A stretch of 64,000 nucleotides of DNA. It comes from an uncultured Acidobacteriota bacterium (GTDB lineage Bacteria > Acidobacteriota > Blastocatellia > RBC074). Under the pieces are notes generated by a model. The model was not told where the DNA came from and did not search any database. It worked only from the letters and a program-made list of their open reading frames with translations. The stretch covers positions 2,112,001-2,176,000 of the forward strand of contig CAWCKY010000006.1 of the NCBI GenBank assembly GCA_963796275.1, read 5' to 3'. The position numbers and the translations under genes were made by a program. Shown here in pieces: positions 62,001-64,000 of this stretch (position 1 is the first letter of the stretch; the number at the start of each line of letters is the position of its first letter).

Positions 62001-62663
62001 GGCAACACGCGTCTGGCCAATTATGGTCCGGCCGGCTTCGATCGGCGCCACAATTTCACGTTAAATTACATCTATGAGGTGCCGGGCGTCAGCAGGTATT
62101 TGGGTCGCGCCGATAATTCGGTGACGCGGGCGATCTTCAACGGCTGGCAGATCTCCGGCATCACGAGGTTCCAGAGCGGCGGTCCCTATGCTGTAGGGTT
62201 CAACGTTCCCAACATTAACAACCAGAACATCACCGGTTCGTATACCGAAGGTGCCCGTGTGAATCTGTCTGGCGACCCGATGCAGGGAACATCGGATGAT
62301 CCCTATAATCGTCTGAATCCGGCCGCGTTCTCTGTTCCGGAAGTGGGCAGCATCGGGCTCGGCGCCCCGGTGAACTATCTGACGGGTCCGGGAGTCAACA
62401 GCTGGGATATGTCGTTACAGAAGTCTTTCTCCTTCAAGGAGAAGCTGCGACTTCAGTTACGCGCAGATGCCTTCAATGTTTTCAACCATACCCAATTCGA
62501 TGGGATTAACAGCAATATCACCTTCACCAATCTGACCGATCGAACGCCCACCAACCTCCCGTTCAATGCGGACGGCTCGTTGAGGGACAGGAACGGTTTC
62601 GGTACGGTGGCGAACGCGCGCGACCCGCGCATTATGCAGTTGGTTCTCAGGTTGCAGTTCTAA
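59073..62663 (+). CDS. TonB-dependent receptor (paralogue of 2917-6483)
   Basis: Signal peptide; LNANDKLSVGEL, YQAEYGR, VTKSGTREFHGS, GPRFGIAFD, C-terminal LQF. Confidence 0.93.
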   Translation: MSSHPFPKGNVIVLVLCLLAVTLNLSAQSTSGSMSGTILDNSGAAIANARVVVTDQSKKVSFSAVTDGEGRFAFTLLQPGRYNVTVESAGFRKLELKDVVLNANDKLSVGELKMDIGTLEQVIEVVSEGQLLKTESGERSDALVGEQLQNVAVNSRTYLALAAVTPGVVVTGNNFQTAGHAGLGDISANGARPNQNQLTLNGVGNVDTGNNGDQLATISLDSVQEYKILTSNYQAEYGRSAGAQINVVTKSGTREFHGSGYLFHRHEGLNANNWKNNRDSLGRNLYRFNNTGYTIGGPIKLPKKVFGPLARLGEDKLFFFWSQEYQRQLQPQGRRDVTVPTALERMGDFSNSVDLNGNKVFIKDPLLPGLCNATDQTACFSDGGVPNKIPQSRLYTPGLAILNMFPMPNNLSSSTQGFNFTTQIPNSYPRREDLLRIDANLSDRWKVFGHILNNFDSVTSDYGSFVLGSNTPFGTPITDIRPGRSYAVGVTTIINPTMTNEFTWGYGHNQINIDPVNDGLTRSANGLSGLPVLFPGAIQNDFIPQFQFNGTRINNEPNFGTNNAPFFNYNTTIDFVDNVSKVWKQHVFKAGFYIQRSRKDQTSFANANGQINFGDNTGNRFDTGYGFANAAVGVFSSFNQASQYATGRYRYTNLEFYLQDTWKATRRVTLDYGMRLYWIQPQFDSALQTATFLPEQYDPSRAVRLYRPAFNGAAIDPVTGEMRLASDIGKIVPNSGDLFNGIAQAGTDVSKYLMENRGIQYGPRFGIAFDVTGKQNIVVRAGAGIYYDRFQGNETFDMLTNPPTTLAPTLVNDFITNINPIADVNSGSVLFAPFGLHAFSFEGKLPTVYNYSFSVQTKLPYEMLLDVAYVGSLSRHLLQRLNINAIPYGATFLAQNQDPTKGGGTLGSSAFDVNFLRPYQGYGDITLHQMGGTSNYNSLQVGLNRRFARGLFFGTAYTWSKALTTVSGDGDFIRIDGNTRLANYGPAGFDRRHNFTLNYIYEVPGVSRYLGRADNSVTRAIFNGWQISGITRFQSGGPYAVGFNVPNINNQNITGSYTEGARVNLSGDPMQGTSDDPYNRLNPAAFSVPEVGSIGLGAPVNYLTGPGVNSWDMSLQKSFSFKEKLRLQLRADAFNVFNHTQFDGINSNITFTNLTDRTPTNLPFNADGSLRDRNGFGTVANARDPRIMQLVLRLQF

Positions 62664-63201
62664 ACCAGAGCAGACATCCTGGGAGAGTGAGTTCACCACG
62701 GATTTTCACGATGCGATGGATCGACACGGATTATCCGCGACTTTCCTTCGCATTCGTGACTGTCCGTTGTGAATATTTGCTGAGCGAGTCAAAGCAGTCG
62801 TCTGAATCCACATCATTGCAAAGCTTCCAGCCCTACACGTGCAAAGAATGCATCGTGGTTACAGCTGGATCTGCTCTTGCATCTCTCCCCTTTCCTAGCC
62901 GTCGGGTTTCTTTGGCTTAAAGCTTTTCCTCGAGGACGGAGTCGCAAGAGAGCGACACAAGGTTGAGTTGCGATATATCACCTGCAGCGCGAAATATCGC
63001 CATCCCCGCCATTTGCAGCGGCCCCCTTGAAGAATCTGGTGAGAAGCTGCGTAGTTTGATGTAATATCAGCGTGCATTTACATCTACCAGCCCTCAGTCC
63101 TGCGCAAACAATGAGCCTGCCGTCAAATTACGTCTGGTCGAAACAGCGAAATTTTCTGGCTTTTTAACAAGCAAAATCGATAGAAGGACGTTGGAACCCC
63201 C

Positions 63202-64000
<799 letters not shown>

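Overview
64 kb of GC-rich bacterial chromosome, most likely from an Acidobacteriota genome. That assignment is inferred from four SusD-less carboxypeptidase-regulatory-domain TonB-dependent receptors, three ADOP-type permeases, a PSCyt/DUF1501 pair and an ECF-type Hanks kinase. (1) 1-22.3 kb holds an apparently complete D-apiose utilisation locus: ApnL-like lactonase, AraC regulator, TBDR, RuBisCO-like protein, GH140 apiosidase, OiaK-like kinase, ApsD-like dehydrogenase, ApnO-like oxidoisomerase and a sugar ABC transporter. It runs directly into a planctomycete-cytochrome/DUF1501/Tat-amidohydrolase module. (2) 22.5-42.6 kb holds a frameshifted TBDR, a REP-doublet array, a kinase-TM-ankyrin protein, a metallophosphoesterase with an in-frame TAG, three tandem orphan permeases and a DGPF/SRPBCC/PQQ/VOC/DoxX cluster behind an ECF42-like promoter. 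(3) 43-53.5 kb holds many export-tagged enzymes and a secreted three-domain truncated haemoglobin with an apolar distal pocket. (4) 53.5-56.8 kb holds an archaeal PolB2-type cassette (inactivated RadA-like gene, small helical protein, exonuclease-degenerate family-B polymerase), a candidate bacterial mutasome. (5) 57-64 kb holds a cupin and two more TBDRs, the last frameshifted and truncated. No rRNA, tRNA, CRISPR array or transposase was seen. All calls come from motif recognition by eye; no searches were run.
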